A DNA stretch of 64,000 nt from Octopus sinensis (taxonomy: Eukaryota), in assembly GCF_006345805.1 (NCBI RefSeq), contig NC_043003.1, positions 8,804,001 to 8,868,000 of the forward strand. Direction: 5' to 3'. Positions 1 to 13,199 of the stretch are shown here, piece after piece; positions within the stretch are counted from its first letter, which is position 1, and each line of letters starts with the position of its first letter. The translations under genes were made by a program, and so were the position numbers. Below the pieces are notes generated by a model. The model did no database searches and was not told the DNA's origin. It worked only from the letters and a program-made list of their open reading frames with translations.

Positions 1-411
1 AGAAAGAGAGAGAGTGTGTGTGTGTGTGTGGTGTGTGTGTGTGTGTGTGTGTGTTTGCGCGCGCGCGTGTATGATAGTAATTCTTTCTACTCACCAACAG
101 ATGTCTCTTCTTTCATAACCTACATTCATCGCCTTACTTGCCATGTCATTTATATTTCTGTTTTGCTTGTCTTGGTTCAGGTTTGTTACTGTCACGAGCG
201 AATGGGTTCTATAAATACCTACCCCCATATCTGTTTCTAAGGACATACCTGTACTGAATCTCAGTACTGTTAATGTCAGAGCTTAGCATATTACACATCT
301 GCTCATACATACATTTATATGCACCCTTCTCTTTTCTATATATATATATTTATGTATGCATTGGTATATATATATATATCTCAACTCTAACTCACTCAGA
401 AATATATATAG

Positions 412-453
<42 letters not shown>

Positions 454-462
454 TATATATAT

Positions 463-851
463 TACTGTTTCAGTCATTTGACTGCGGCCATGCTGGAGCA
501 TCGCCTTTAGTAGAACAAATCGACCCTGGGACTTATTCTTTGTAAGCCCAGTACTTATTCTATCGGACTCTTTTTGCCGAACCGCTAAGTTACGGGGACG
601 TAAACACACCAGCATCGGTTGTCAAGCAATGTTAGGGGGACAAACACACACACAAACACACACACATACATATATATATATACATATATACGACAGGCTT
701 CTTTCAGTTTCCGTCTACCAAATCCACTCACAAGGCATTGGTCGGCCCGGGGCTATAGTAGAAGACACTTGCCCAAGGTGCCACGCAGTGGGACTGAACC
801 CGGAACCATGTGGTTGGTAAGCAAGCTACTTACCACACAGCCACTCCTGCG

Positions 852-853
<2 letters not shown>
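463..853 (-). mobile_element. tRNA-derived CORE-type SINE (family 1, octopus OR2-like), full length
   Basis: Minus strand begins GGCGCAGGAGTGGCTGTGTGGTAAG (A box) ... GGTTCAGTCCC (B box), then CORE-like GGCACCTTGGGCAAGTGTCTT, an internal (TA/CA)n and a tail ending GACTGAAACA. Many copies occur in the window. Confidence 0.85.
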
Positions 854-889
<36 letters not shown>

Positions 890-890
<1 letters not shown>

Positions 891-1870
891 TGGGTTGGCA
901 AGAAACTAATTTCGTTTTTCGCAGAGTTACGATTTTTTTAATAGCTTTTCTCAACGTTGTGATTTGTTTTCTTTTAACTTTTGATAGCCGTTACTTTAAG
1001 CTTACTTTAGAAGCAAATTGCCCGTAATTTTATTTACAGCTATTAGTTTAGTATCAATTTTAACATGGAGTGCAAACACAAACATTTTCACCATATTTTG
1101 CTTCTTTATTTCCGTAAATGCAAGAAAGCTGCTGAGGCTCGCAAAGAGATATGTGAAATTTATGATATTGATTGCTTAAGAGAAAGCACATGTCAGAAAT
1201 AGTTTTAAAAATTCCGTTCTGGGGATTTTTCACTCAAAGATGACCAACGTTCTGGTCGCCTTACTAAAGTTGATGATGGCCGAATCAAAGCCATAATTTG
1301 GATCTGATTGTCATTTAACTGTGCGAGAGCTAGAGCTTGCAGAGAGGTTAAATGTATCACACACAACAATTGAAAACCACTTAAAATGTCTTGGACTCGT
1401 TAAGAAGCTCAATATTTGGGTGCCACATAAATTGAAAGAGATTCACTTAACACAACGTATCAATATTTGCGATATGTATCTCAAATGCAATGAAATCGAC
1501 CTTTGTTTTGAAATGAATCATCACTGGTGAGGAAGAATGGATTGTCTAAAATAACATTAATCGAAAACGATCATGGTCCAATCGTAATAAACCAGCACAA
1601 ACCTCATCGAAAGTTGAATTGCATAAAAAGGGTCATGTTGTCAGTTTGGTTGGATTACAAAGGGGTTGTGTATTTTGCGCTTTTCTAAGGAACCAAACAA
1701 TCAATTGTGATGTTTACTCTCCACAACTAATGAAACTAGAAGAAGCAATCAAAGAAAAATGGCCAGAATTGGCAAATCGTAAAGGAATCGTGTTCTGCTA
1801 TGACAACGCATCATACTACCAATTATTTCGAAGATTGCAAAATTCTTTGAATGGTAAAACATTTCCAACT
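890..1870 (+). pseudogene. Decayed mariner transposon (5' TIR + transposase remnant, mellifera-like)
   Basis: TTGGGTTGGCAAG TIR-like start. ATG at 1065 gives MECKHKHFHHILLLYFRKCKKAAEARKEICEIY. The WVPHKL motif and LFRRLQNSLNGKTF follow, with multiple stops and frameshifts; the 3' end is missing. Confidence 0.9.
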
Positions 1871-2119
1871 ACTTGTTGTTGCTGATATACCGATATACCA
1901 ATACCAAACCACGACACTGCATGACCTTCGTCGACCAATCGCAATCCACCCGAACAATTCCTTTCAAATAACAAAAACAGTTTCTTTCAAATTCAAAATG
2001 GCTGAAGATTAGCATGACGCTTGAAACTCGGAGTACAAACGAATTTGAATCAAACTGTTTTCATCTACTCATATATATGAGACAAGTTAAAATAATGATC
2101 ATTATATATAATACCTTTA

Positions 2120-2255
2120 TTTGAGCAAATTTGACCTACAGCTGTTTCCAGTAGACATTATAGATAGGCTTACTCAAGTGGCCAGTTTATCAATTGGTAA
2201 ACATATCTATAATGACAACTGGAAACAGCTGTAAGTCACATTTGTTACAATAAAG
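2120..2255. repeat. Fold-back inverted repeat of a Penelope-like terminus with partial HHR (GAAACAGCTGTA)
   Basis: GACCTACAGCTGTTTCCAGT..CATTATAGATA versus TATCTATAATG..ACTGGAAACAGCTGTAAGTC. The same stem III palindrome (CAGCTG) is in the HHR at 62241. Confidence 0.6.
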
Positions 2256-2939
2256 GAACTATATGTATTTGTCTGTGTTTTTGCAAAATTACTGGAAAAC
2301 GATTGAACGGATTTTCACCACATTTGGCAGAAATACGCACTGGGGGAATGGCTCGAAATGATGAACATTTGGTTTGATTATCTTTGAATAAAAAAAAAGA
2401 AAAAATCTAACTTACAAATTTCCCGATAAGCAAGTGTTCATATTTTGTTCACTTTCTTTTTCAAATGAATCGACCCTCGTCCGCGTGTGTTTAAACTATG
2501 GAGTACCTATGCGCGTAGACACATGTACGTGCATACGTACATACATATGCGACTCTGTGTGTGTGTGTGTAGGTGTGTGTACACTAATGGATTCAAGAGT
2601 TATGTTTATTTACGAGTTGGTTTCTTAATTTCACCGGAGTATAAATACCTGCAATGGTGATACTTAAAAAAAAATGAGTTCAATTAAAAATTATGGGTAA
2701 GCAACGCATTGCAATCCATACTATAATTTGCAAAAATATTTATATGTGTGCAGGGTATGGATCCTCCTCCGATGCCTTTTGTTTTTTTCATTTTAACTTG
2801 TCTATTACATATCACTCTGTAAAGAGCAGTTTATCCGAAGCCTATCCTCGGATTTACAATATAGAATTGTGATGAACCATAACTTGGGACCCGACCAAAC
2901 GATTACTTGGAGTCCTTCCCTAACCTAAGTTGTACATAT

Positions 2940-3165
2940 TTCTTTACTACCCACAATGGGCTAAACACAGGGGACAAACAAGGACAGACAAACGGATTAA
3001 GTCGATTATATCGACCCCAGTGCGTAACTGGTACTTAATTTATCGACCCAGAAAGGATGAAAGGCAAAGTCGACCCCGGCGGAATTTGAACTCAGAACGT
3101 AGCGGCAGGTGAAATACGGCTACGCATTTCGTCCGGCGCGCTAACGTTTCTGCCAGCTCGCCGCA
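2940..3165 (-). mobile_element. tRNA-derived SINE family 2 (Meta-domain-like)
   Basis: Head GCGGCGAGCTGGCAGAAACGTTAG, B box GAGTTCAAATTCC and central GACTTTGCCTTTCATCCTTTC(G)GGGTCGATAAATTAAGTACCAG, resembling the Meta/Sauria SINE domain. Confidence 0.8.
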
Positions 3166-3894
3166 TTTAACCTAAGTAATACTGTTAGCCTGGTGTGCCA
3201 ACAGAGAGCTCATGAAGTATGTTTCCCGGATTGATAATCTCTCACTATTTTTTATTTTTTTTACATATGTACATATATGAAGTGTGCGAAAAAGAGAACG
3301 GGATAGAGAGGGAAGCATGTGTTGGGGAAGAGAGAAATTTATTATAATAAATATATATTTATCTACGTTTCAAACATACACAAAATTGTCAGTGATATTC
3401 AGGATATGTCCCCCAGTATAGCAAACTAGCATATATTAAGAAAATGCGGGGTTTGCAATCGTTATCCTGTAGCAATTTCCGCTTAGCCGTTCTAATCCGC
3501 CGATGAAGGAGAAGAGAACAGCTTCTAGATATACGGAATACTGCAGTTAACCGACAAGTTGTTAAGCAAATTTGCATATTAATGTAAATTTGATTACCGT
3601 TACTAAACTAAACACTTCGAGAAAACTAAATATTTACTATATGGAATTATACTCCTTTCTACTTGTGTTGGTTTGTTGGAAACTGCGTCTGCTTTCAGCA
3701 ATGTTTTCCCCCACTAAAATGATTAGATATGCTTTTTATCTTTTTAACATGTGACTTTCGGAGGTCGAATCCACTCTGCTGAAGCGTACTTGAGTATTTT
3801 TTCCTAAAACCTCTGTGAGGTTGAAGGGCTGACTCATAGTATGTGTGAAGATTTTGGCTGACGAATAATAATGATTTTTTACAAATTTTGCCAC

Positions 3895-4276
3895 AAGGGC
3901 AGCTTGGGGAGGTGGGGATGAGGCGATTACGTCGATGCCTTTTGTTTTTTTCATTGGCATTTATTTTATCGACTTCGAAAGGATGAAAGGCAAAGTCGAC
4001 CTCGGCGGAATTTGAACTCAGAACGTAGCGGCAGACGAAATACCTATTTCTTTCCTACCCACAAGGGGCTAAACACAGAGAGGACAAACAAGGACAGACA
4101 AACAGATTAAGTCGATTATATCGACCCCAGTGCGTAATTGGTACTTAATTTAGCGACCCCGAAAAGATGAAAGGCAAAGTCGACCTCGGCGGAATTTGAA
4201 CTCAGAACGTAACGGCAGACGAAATACGGCTACGCATTTCACCCGGCGTGCTAACGTTTCTGCCAGCTTGCCGCCT
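3895..4276 (-). mobile_element. SINE family 2, tandem dimer
   Basis: A full head followed by a second headless unit, joined at ...AAAGAAATA|GGTATTTCGTCTGCC. Confidence 0.8.
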
Positions 4277-4759
4277 TTTTATTTCAAATTTTCTTTTGTC
4301 ACTAGGCAGCTTGCGAAGAGGTGGGGATGTTCAAAGTCGATCTCGGCAAAATTTGACGGAGTGCCACGGTATATATATACACTCACACGCGCACACACAA
4401 TCATATACACACATATAAACAGGTATATATGTATCTGAATGTGTTATACTCTGCTTCTTTTATATCCTGCAAATGGCAGATCGCTAGATAGACACGATAA
4501 AATACTGCGTCGATATGTTCAACTAAATCTATTAAGGTAGCTCTGCCTCAACATCGCCGCACTCGAATGAGTGAAAGCGGCAAAGAAAACTTCTCTACTC
4601 TAGGCACAAGGCTCGAAATTTTGGTGGAGGGATCCAGTCGATTAGATCGACCTCAGTACGTAACTGGTACTTAATTTATCGAGCCCGAAAGTATGAAAGG
4701 CAAAGTCGACCTCAGCGGAATTTAAAACAGTAAAAGTGTAGTCGAATATATATATATAC

Positions 4760-5185
4760 TGAGACCCCCTTCGGTCATGAATGATCATGGGATTGCACCT
4801 AGAAAGTTACCCTCCGAGGTACAAGTCCGGGCGAAATTGTTTATGGAAGGCCAGCCGTCGCCCAAGTATACTGGCCTCCCCTCTCCCCGCTACCAGTGAT
4901 ATCCAAGGGAAAGACAAGGGCCGATACAGCTTGGCACCTGTGACGTTGCAGAGTGTGACAAGGCTGGCCCTTCGAAATACAGGTACAACAGAAACAGGAA
5001 GAAAGAGTGAGAGAAAGTTGTGGTGAAAGAGTACAGCAGGGTTCACCACCACCCCTGCCGGAGCCTCGTGGAGCTTTAGGTATTTTCGCTCAATAAACAT
5101 TCACAATGCCAGGTCTGGGAATCGAAACCGCGATCCTACGACTGCGAGTCCGCTGCCTTAACCACTGGGCCATTGCGCCTCCACC
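4760..5185 (-). mobile_element. tRNA-derived SINE family 3 (head GTGGAGGCGCAATGGCCCAGTGG) with tail type A
   Basis: A and B boxes on the minus strand. The 3' tail ...GGAGGGTAACTTTCTAGGTGCAATCCCATG...GACCGAAGGGGGTCTC is shared with 21060-21390. Confidence 0.8.
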
Positions 5186-5224
5186 GAATACATTTATTAG
5201 TTTTCATAGTGTACATATTTACAT

Positions 5225-5710
5225 ATGCCCTGCTAAGAGGCCCTGGTTTTGGATGTTCAGAGCATCCCTAGAGGGTTGTGAACTCCAGAGTCACACCTTC
5301 ACGTCGCGTCAATAAGGGACCTCCCTTCAGACATGGGGCAGAGTGGGCATAACGTAGGAACATGACATGGGTGCGAACGACCGGTGCGCTATCAATGCTA
5401 GTTCTCGGTACTCCATTTTGAGAGGTGTCAGAGACTTGGTTGGTTGAGCTGGGAAGCCATTAAAGCCCCAAATAGAAGGGAACACCGCTTCCAAATGCCG
5501 AACAGATGGAGGTCGTGAGCGTGGGAAGCACTGCTATCGTTTAAGTGAAGGAAAACCCGACGGAAAACCAACCTTACTTCAGGTTTTGAAGGTTGGGTAT
5601 TAGGTTAATCAATTAATCCGGGAAAAAAATCTTGATTATAGAAACTTCCAGCATTCAGAAGAATTCAAAAGATTCTGGAGAGACAACGATTCAGAATTTG
5701 GAAAGAGAGG
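5225..5710 (+). mobile_element. Probable RTE-type LINE 5' UTR remnant
   Basis: GC-richer segment containing GGTTGGGTATTAGGTTAATCAATTAATCCGGGAAAAAAA, resembling the GGGTTGGGC..GGGCTAACAAC..CCGTAAAA motif of RTE 5' UTRs. Confidence 0.4.
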
Positions 5711-5971
5711 GAAGAGAGGGAGGAGGAGAAATACTGATAAAAGGAAGCAGGTTGATGAACGGGGAATATGGAACCAGGTGCGAAGCACAGGCTTCGACTG
5801 GGCAGCTTGGAGAGAGGGGGGAGAGGAAAGAGAGTGAAAGAGAAAGAAAGAAAGATTGTAAGCTTTATGCGCCACCTGGCAGGAAGTGAAAATAAGACAC
5901 ATTCATTCACATAGCGCGCATACACACGCACACATTTTGAGCGTGTGTGTGAATGTATGTATGTATGTATG

Positions 5972-6039
<68 letters not shown>

Positions 6040-6329
6040 TATATATATATATATAATCCTTAATATTAATTCTCTTTCCAAATTCCGAATCGTGTCTCTC
6101 CAAAATCTTGTGAATTCTTCTGAATGCTGGAAGTTTCTGTAATCAAGATTTTTTCCAGGATATAATGTATATATATATATACATTATATATATATATAAT
6201 ATATATATATATATATAATATATATATATATATATTATATATATATTATATATAATATATATATATATATATAATATATATATTATATATATATATTATA
6301 TATATATATATATAATATTATATATATAT

Positions 6330-6555
6330 ATATATATAAAACTGAGAATGTGTGTGTGTCTGTCTGTGTGTTTCCCTAAAACTTGAGAACTACGCAACCA
6401 ATTTCATTCAAATTTTACACATGCCTTACTTAGGGTCCATGTAGTTTCAGGGGCAAAAAATGTTTAACTTCTTGCCAAGGGCGAGCCCATAGCAATATCA
6501 TATCTCTCCACTATTCAGTATTACGTGTTAAAAGTGAAATAAAAACATCTCTCTA
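6330..6555 (+). mobile_element. Non-autonomous Helitron-like 5' segment
   Basis: (TA)nAAAACTGAGAATG(TG)n TCTGTCTG...GAACTACGCAACCAATTTCATTCAAATTTTACAC matches the 5' end of the element at 26651-28660. Confidence 0.55.
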
Positions 6556-6608
6556 TTGTATGTATATGGATGTATATATATATATACATACACGTATATA
6601 TGGATGTG

Positions 6609-6655
<47 letters not shown>

Positions 6656-6917
6656 GTTATATAATATATATATATATATATATATACATACATGTATATA
6701 TATACATGTATATGTATTACATGTATATGTATAGCTGTATATGTATAGAGTATTTCTATAGATATACATGTATATATATATGTATATATATATAGAGAGA
6801 TATTTATATATATATAGATGTACATGTAATATACACACATACATATACACATATATACATGCATACATATATACACCCATACACACACCTCCAATCACAC
6901 ACACACACACATACTTA

Positions 6918-7235
6918 GGTGCAGGTTTTGCTGTGTGGTAACAAACTTGGTTCCAAAACACTTGGTCCTCAGTTCAGTCCCACCGTGTGGTAATTTGGCA
7001 TGTGTCTTCTGCTATAACCTCAGACCAACCAAAGCCTTGTCAGTGGATTTTGTAAACAGAAACTGAAAGAAATCAATTGTATATATATGTATATATGTAA
7101 GTCTAAGTGTGTGTCTTTGTCTTTCTCCCTCATCATTGCTTCACAACTGGTGTTCGTTTATTTACATCCCCATAACTTACTGGTTTCACAAGAAGAAACT
7201 GATAGAATAAGTACCAGGCTTATCAAAATATAAAA
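6918..7235 (+). mobile_element. SINE family 1, old degenerate copy
   Basis: GGTGCAGGTTTTGCTGTGTGGTAA...AGTTCAGTCCCAC...GATAGAATAAGTACCAGGCTTA. Confidence 0.75.
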
Positions 7236-7364
7236 AAGCACTATGCAGTGTCTCATATTTTTGTGTACCCACTCAGTTGTATATATCAATTTATCTTTGA
7301 GTGTGTGTGTGTGTGTGTTGTGTGTGTGTGTGTATGTGTGTGTGTGCGCGTGTGTGTGTGCGTG

Positions 7365-7395
<31 letters not shown>

Positions 7396-7474
7396 GGATT
7401 TCTCAGACAGGAACTGAAACAAATCGATCGTGTGTGTATGTATGTATATATGTATGTAAGTGTATGTGTTTTGA

Positions 7475-8490
7475 TATTGGCAACATGAATGACAATGGTC
7501 AGCGACTACTTGAATTTTGTACATACCATAACCCGTGCATCACCAACACACTCTTTGCCAACAAGACATCCCACAAGGCATCTTGGAGACATCCAAGATC
7601 TCACCATTAGCATCAGCTGGATCTCATCATTACACGAAGATCCTTTTTTAAATTTTGTTCAACTGACCCGTAGTTACCACAGTGCGGATTGTGACACAGA
7701 TCATTCACTAATAAGAAGCAGAGTGAGGATTCTGCCTAAGAAAGTCCATCACTCCAAGAAAATAGGCCGACACGCATTAACACAGCAGAACTCCGACCCT
7801 ACACTGCGACAATGTTTTGCTGCTTCGATCAAGGTTGCCTTAGTAGCTGCCCAACCTCCTCTGCTGAAAGTAGGTGGAATTATATCAGGGAAGTTTGTAT
7901 ACCACATCAATAGATACTTTCGGCATGAGAGAAAGGCAAAACCCAGATTCGCTCAGTGCTGGGCTCTCAGAGCTGAAACAGTTATTGAAGCAAAGCGTGC
8001 AGCTCTGATGTAATACAAGAGTGATTCTTCTACAAAGTCACTCAAACTCAGAAAGGCAAGAAATAAAACTCAACTGACTGCCAGACGCTGTGCAAATAGG
8101 TATTGGTAGGAAATCTGTCAGAGTATCCAGTCAGCTGCTGACAGTGGCTACACCCATGGGATGTATTGCCGGGTTGAAGAAGGCCTCGGTCCATCCGCAA
8201 CCAACAACCCCTCTGAATCAACTACTGGAGATCTCATCAAGGACCAAAGCAAGCAAATGGATAGATGGGTGGAGTATACTCACGAGAGACCACGGTAGCG
8301 GAGGCTGCAATCGAGGTGTCAAGATCTTGCCAGTCATGTGTGAACTTGACAGTCTGCCATCTATAGCAGAGCTCACCAAGGCTATTGACTCCCTAGCAAG
8401 TAACAAGGCTCCGGAAAGGACGGCAATCCATTAGATATCATCAAAATCAGCAAAAAACACTATCCTGCTTCGGCACCTTCATGAGCTTTG
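7475..8490 (+). pseudogene. RTE-clade LINE fragment (APE endonuclease C-half + linker), copy 1
   Basis: GNMNDNGQRLLEFC...ITNTLF...SWRHPRSHH*HQLDLII...TRSYHSADCDTDHSLI, with many frameshifts. Confidence 0.9.
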
Positions 8491-8595
8491 TCGTTATGTT
8501 ATGATATGTGGTTTGCGCCTGAAGAATATGTTTGAGTTTTCACACATATGAAACTATTAATAGCGCTTAAAACATGTATTGTGACCTTCAAATAA

Positions 8596-8636
<41 letters not shown>

Positions 8637-8714
8637 GGATTTCTCAGACAGGAACTGAAACAAATCGATCGTGTGTGTATGTATGTATATATGTATGTAA
8701 GTGTATGGTTTTGA

Positions 8715-9742
8715 TATTGGCAACATGAATGACAATGGTCAGAGGACTACTTGAATTTTGTACATACCATAACCCGTGCATCACCAACACACTCTTTGCC
8801 AACAAGACATCCCACAAGGCATCTTGGAGACATCCAAGATCTCACCATTAGCATCAGCTGGATCTCATCATTACACGAAGATCCTTTTTTTAATTTTGTT
8901 CAACTGACCCGTAGTTACCACAGTGCGGATTGTGACACAGATCATTCACTAATAAGAAGCAGAGTGAGGATTCTGCCTAAGAAAGTCCATCACTCCAAGA
9001 AAATAGGCCGACCACGCATTAACACAGCCAGAACCTCCGACCCTACACTGCGACAATGTTTTGCTGCTTCTATCAAGGTTGCCCTTAGTAGCTGCCCAAC
9101 CTCCTCTGCTGAAAGTAGGTGGAATTATATCAGGGAAGCTTTGTATACCACATCAATAGATACTTTCGGCATGAGAGAAAGGCAAAACCCAGATTCGCTC
9201 AGTGCTGGGCTCTCAGAGCTGAAACAGTTATTGAAGCAAAGCGTGCCAGCTCTGATTAATACAAGATGATTCTTCTACAAAGTCACTCGAAACTCAGAAA
9301 GGCAAGAAATAAAACTCAACTGACTGCCAGACGCTGTGCAAATAGGTATTGGTAGGAAATCTGTCAGAGTATCCAGTCAGCTGCTGACAGTGGCTACACC
9401 CATGGGATGTATGCCGGTTTGAAGAAGGCCCTCGGTCCATCCGCAACCAAGTCAACCCCTCTGAAATCAACTACTGGAGATCTCATCAAGGACCAAAGCA
9501 AGCAAATGGATAGATGGGTGGAGTATACTCACGAGAGACCACGGTAGCTGAGGCTGCAATCGAGGGTGTCAAGATCTTGCCAGTCATGTGTGAACTTGAC
9601 AGTCTGCCATCTATAGCAGAGCTCACCAAGGCTATTGACTCCCTAGCAAGTAACAAGGCTCCGGAAAGAGACGGCATCCCCTTAGATATCATCAAAATCA
9701 GCAAAAACACTATCCTGCTTCGGCACCTTCATGAGCTTCTGT
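8715..9742 (+). pseudogene. RTE-clade LINE fragment, copy 2 (tandem duplicate)
   Basis: Near-identical to 7475-8490; ends ...ELTKAIDSLASNKAPERDGIPLDIIK (pre-RT motif). Confidence 0.9.
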
Positions 9743-9761
9743 TCGTTATGATATGTGGTTT

Positions 9762-9814
9762 GCGCCTGAAGAATATGTTTGAGTTTTCACAACATATGAA
9801 ACTATTAATAGCGC
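9762..9814 (+). ncRNA. Decayed minimal type I hammerhead (also duplicated at ~8516-8566)
   Basis: GCGC CTGAAGA ATATGTT..AACATAT GAAA CTATTAA TA GCGC. Stems I and II are intact but the stem III closing pair is mismatched. Confidence 0.45.
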
Positions 9815-9843
9815 TTTAAAACATGTATTGTGACCTTCAAATA

Positions 9844-9900
<57 letters not shown>

Positions 9901-9949
9901 CGCGGTGTGTGTGTGTATGTATCTGTATGTATCTGTAGTTTATATATAT

Positions 9950-10769
9950 TGTATGTATGTATGTATGTGTATGTATGTATGTATATATATGTATATATAT
10001 ATAAACTACAGATACATACACATGCATACACACATAACTACATAGATACATACGTGTACACACACATACAAACATACATTCATGCATACATGCGTACATA
10101 CATATATACTTACATACCTACATACATATACATACATATAAACACATACATGCACACATACATGCATGCATGCATACATACATACATAAATACATACATA
10201 CATACATACATACATACATACATACATACATACATACATACATACATACATACATAAATACATACATACATACATACATACATACATGCATACATACATA
10301 CATACATACATACATACGAAGGTTTTCGAAGAGCCAAAGAAAGTGACGAGCATTCTGCAAATTCGATCGACAAGCGGCACAGTGAAGACTTGTTAGACTT
10401 TCCAAATATTCCCCGCCTGAGATTCTTGTGACGAGTAGAAAGCACCTACCTGGGTGTATGCATCGACAGTTCAACCAACACACCAACTCAACCACAGATT
10501 TACAAACACAACGATCTCTACTCTCCCCCCACACACAAAGTCTCACCGCTATGTCAACGACCGGCTTGGATTCTCTTAAGAAGAGCTAAAATAACACTCA
10601 CAGAAAACGTGCATACATACATACATAGATGCATGCATGCATACTTACACACATACACACATACATACATACATACATATACACATACGTTCATATATAC
10701 ATACATAGATGCATGCATGCATACTTACACACATACACACACACATACATACATACATACATACATACA

Positions 10770-10803
<34 letters not shown>

Positions 10804-11100
10804 CATACATGCATACATGCATCCATAAATACATACATGCATACATACATACATACATATATACATACATACATACATACACACACATAGATACACACAC
10901 ATACATACATGCATACATACATACATGCATACATACATACATGCATGCTCATATACATACATACACACATACATACATACATGCATACATACATAATACA
11001 TGCATACATACATACACACATCTATCCATCCATCCATCCATACATACATACATACATACATACATACATACATACATACATAAATACATACTTACGTACA
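9950..11100. repeat. Compound (TACA)n/(TATG)n microsatellite field, interrupted at 10320-10610
   Basis: Directly visible. Confidence 0.95.
10320..10610 (-). pseudogene. Possible decayed non-LTR retrotransposon CCHC-region fragment
   Basis: Minus-strand LSTRHKNLRRGIF..SSLCRL..(frameshift)NARHF..GS resembles the CxxC..H..C knuckle region of RLE/R4-type LINEs. Confidence 0.35.
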
Positions 11101-11398
11101 ATATCTACCATGCTAAGAAATAGCAAGTTTTTGTAACAAAATTTTCAGCTCCTATAAGAACTGGCCAAAAGAAATGTTCATTAAAGATTTCCTCTGATCC
11201 ACTTCCGGTTATTGAAGGAAACGGAACTTGTACAGGAGTAGTCATAAATTTCACATAGGAAATTGCAGCTTTCCACTAGTATTTTTGGGGTCGATAAATT
11301 AAGTACCAGTGAAACACTGCAGTCGATGTAATCGACTATCCCCCTCCCCCAAAATTTCAGACCTTGTGCTTACAGTAGATAGGAGTATTATTATTATT

Positions 11399-11590
11399 AT
11401 TACCTCCCCCTTAGCGAAGGCGGAGGTATTGTTTTCAGTCGTGTTTGTTTGTTTGTCCGTGGAGAAGATATCTCAAGAACCGCTGGATGGATTCGGATGA
11501 AACTTCCAGGGATGTTTGGCCTCGTGACAGATACGAGTTGATTAGATTTTGGGATCGATCCGATACCGGACAAGGATTCTGGATTATTTG
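11399..11590 (+). mobile_element. HINE/DINE-1-like (Helentron-associated) non-autonomous element, 5' part
   Basis: TTATTACCTCC..GGAGGT 5' stem-loop, (GTTT)n microsatellite and GATATCTCAAGAACCGCTGGATGGATTCGGATGAAACTT core. A related fragment lies at ~2268-2380. Confidence 0.6.
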
Positions 11591-11811
11591 GTATATTTAC
11601 TTTACTTACATGATTACGATCTTACGTTAACTTTCAAGTATTTCTCAGATATCTCTCTTTAAGCTGTCACTATTTAGAATGGTGAATTTGCTACCTTTGG
11701 CTCGTATTAGATAAGGATAAACTATTTATTACTGTTACAAAATTTTCTACAGCCACCTTCACATTCCATGACTACCATTAGGATTGATCAGGTACCGGAC
11801 AAGGATTACTC

Positions 11812-12033
11812 TTCTACTTGTTTCAGTCACTTGGCTGCGGCCATGCTGGAGCACCGCCTTTAGTTGACCGAATCGACCCCAGGACTTATATTTTGTAAGC
11901 CTAGTACTTATTCTATCGGTCTCTTTTAGCCGAACCGCTAAGTTACGGGGACATAAACACACCAGCATCGGTTGTCAATCGATGTTGTGGGGACAAACAC
12001 ATACACACATACATACATACATACACACACACA

Positions 12034-12035
<2 letters not shown>
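11812..12035 (-). mobile_element. SINE family 1, 3' half
   Basis: Matches the 3' half of 463-853. Confidence 0.8.
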
Positions 12036-12110
<75 letters not shown>

Positions 12111-12559
12111 AAAAATGAAGTTCGAAAATGCTGCTATATTATACAATTTTTTATTTTTATATATACATTATAAAGTTTTAGTTCCTGAAATGAACCTTAT
12201 CAAAAAAAGTTATATATAAAAAAGACGCTCATGCCGTCAAACACAAGAAATTCATTTACAATACACAACGGAGTCAGACATCTTTAAAGTTCATATTAGT
12301 TGAAGTAAGTTCATTCATGCTATATGTTCAAAGTGTTCGATGCATGTGCCCACGTGGCGATACGTATTCAATATAAAAAACTGATCAAAGTGGTGGAAAG
12401 CAGTCAATACAGAAGATTGATGTTCCCGAAAAGAGCGAGGAATTCATTTTTACCTTGAGCAATTTGTGATGACCCATGGTGGGTGTTCGCGGGTGATTCT
12501 GGTGAGTCTTGTGAATTGTTCGGGTTTTATAATGCCTGTTAGGTGGTCAGTCCAGTGTA

Positions 12560-13130
12560 GCGTGACGTCATCACAACGTTTTGACCAATCGTTTCGTTAG
12601 TGGTTATGGCTTTAGTCAAGCAGAACGGGACGTCATCAACTTCTGACCAATCGTGACCTTATCGCTGTATTATAACTGCCCTGTCTGTTTTCCTGTTTTG
12701 AACAGTCGTTTCGTTAGGTGGCTTAGTCAAGCAGAACGGGACTCATCAAGATTCTGACCAATCACGACTTATAGCTGTATTAGATCTGCCCCTTTTCGTT
12801 AGGTGGCGCTTAGTCAAGCAGAACGGGATGTCATCAACATTCTGACCAATCGTGACCTATCGCTGTGTATATAACTGCCCTTGTCTGTTTCTTGTTTTGA
12901 CCAGTCGTTTCGTTTGGTGGCTTAGTCAAGCAGAACGGGACGCCATCATCAAGATTCTGCCCAATCACGACTTATAGCTGCATTAGATCTGCCCCCCTGT
13001 TCTGTTTCTTGTAGGTGACTAGTCAAGCAGAAAAGGACGTCATCAATATTCTGACTAATCTCTGCCCCCTGTTTGTATCCTGTCCATTCTAGCAGAACTA
13101 GACGTCATCAACGTGTTGACCAATCAGAAT
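12560..13130 (+). repeat. Imperfect tandem array of ~85-110 bp units, each with GACGTCATC..CCAATC
   Basis: TAGTCAAGCAGAACGGGACGTCATCAA..CTGACCAATC recurs 5-7 times with alternating A/B unit types. Confidence 0.85.
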
Positions 13131-13199
13131 CGGGGTCTGACCCTTAGCTTTATCGTATGTGGTCAGTCCATCAGGTCAGATTTGCACGAAAAAATTTTT

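Noticed and set aside
5270-5345. HDV-like ribozyme in the putative RTE 5' UTR (CTTCACGT loop)
   Set aside because: A consistent P1/P2/P3/P1.1 nested double pseudoknot could not be built.
10321-10431. Neuropeptide-precursor-like reading GFRRAKESDEHSANSIDKR-HSEDLLDFPNIPRLRFL*
   Set aside because: There is no amidation Gly, no polypyrimidine acceptor and no signal-peptide exon. The opposite strand better fits a decayed LINE CCHC region. A transcriptome BLAST would settle it.
12560-13130. CRISPR-like repeat/spacer array
   Set aside because: The intervening sequences are homologous to each other, the context is eukaryotic, and there are no cas genes.
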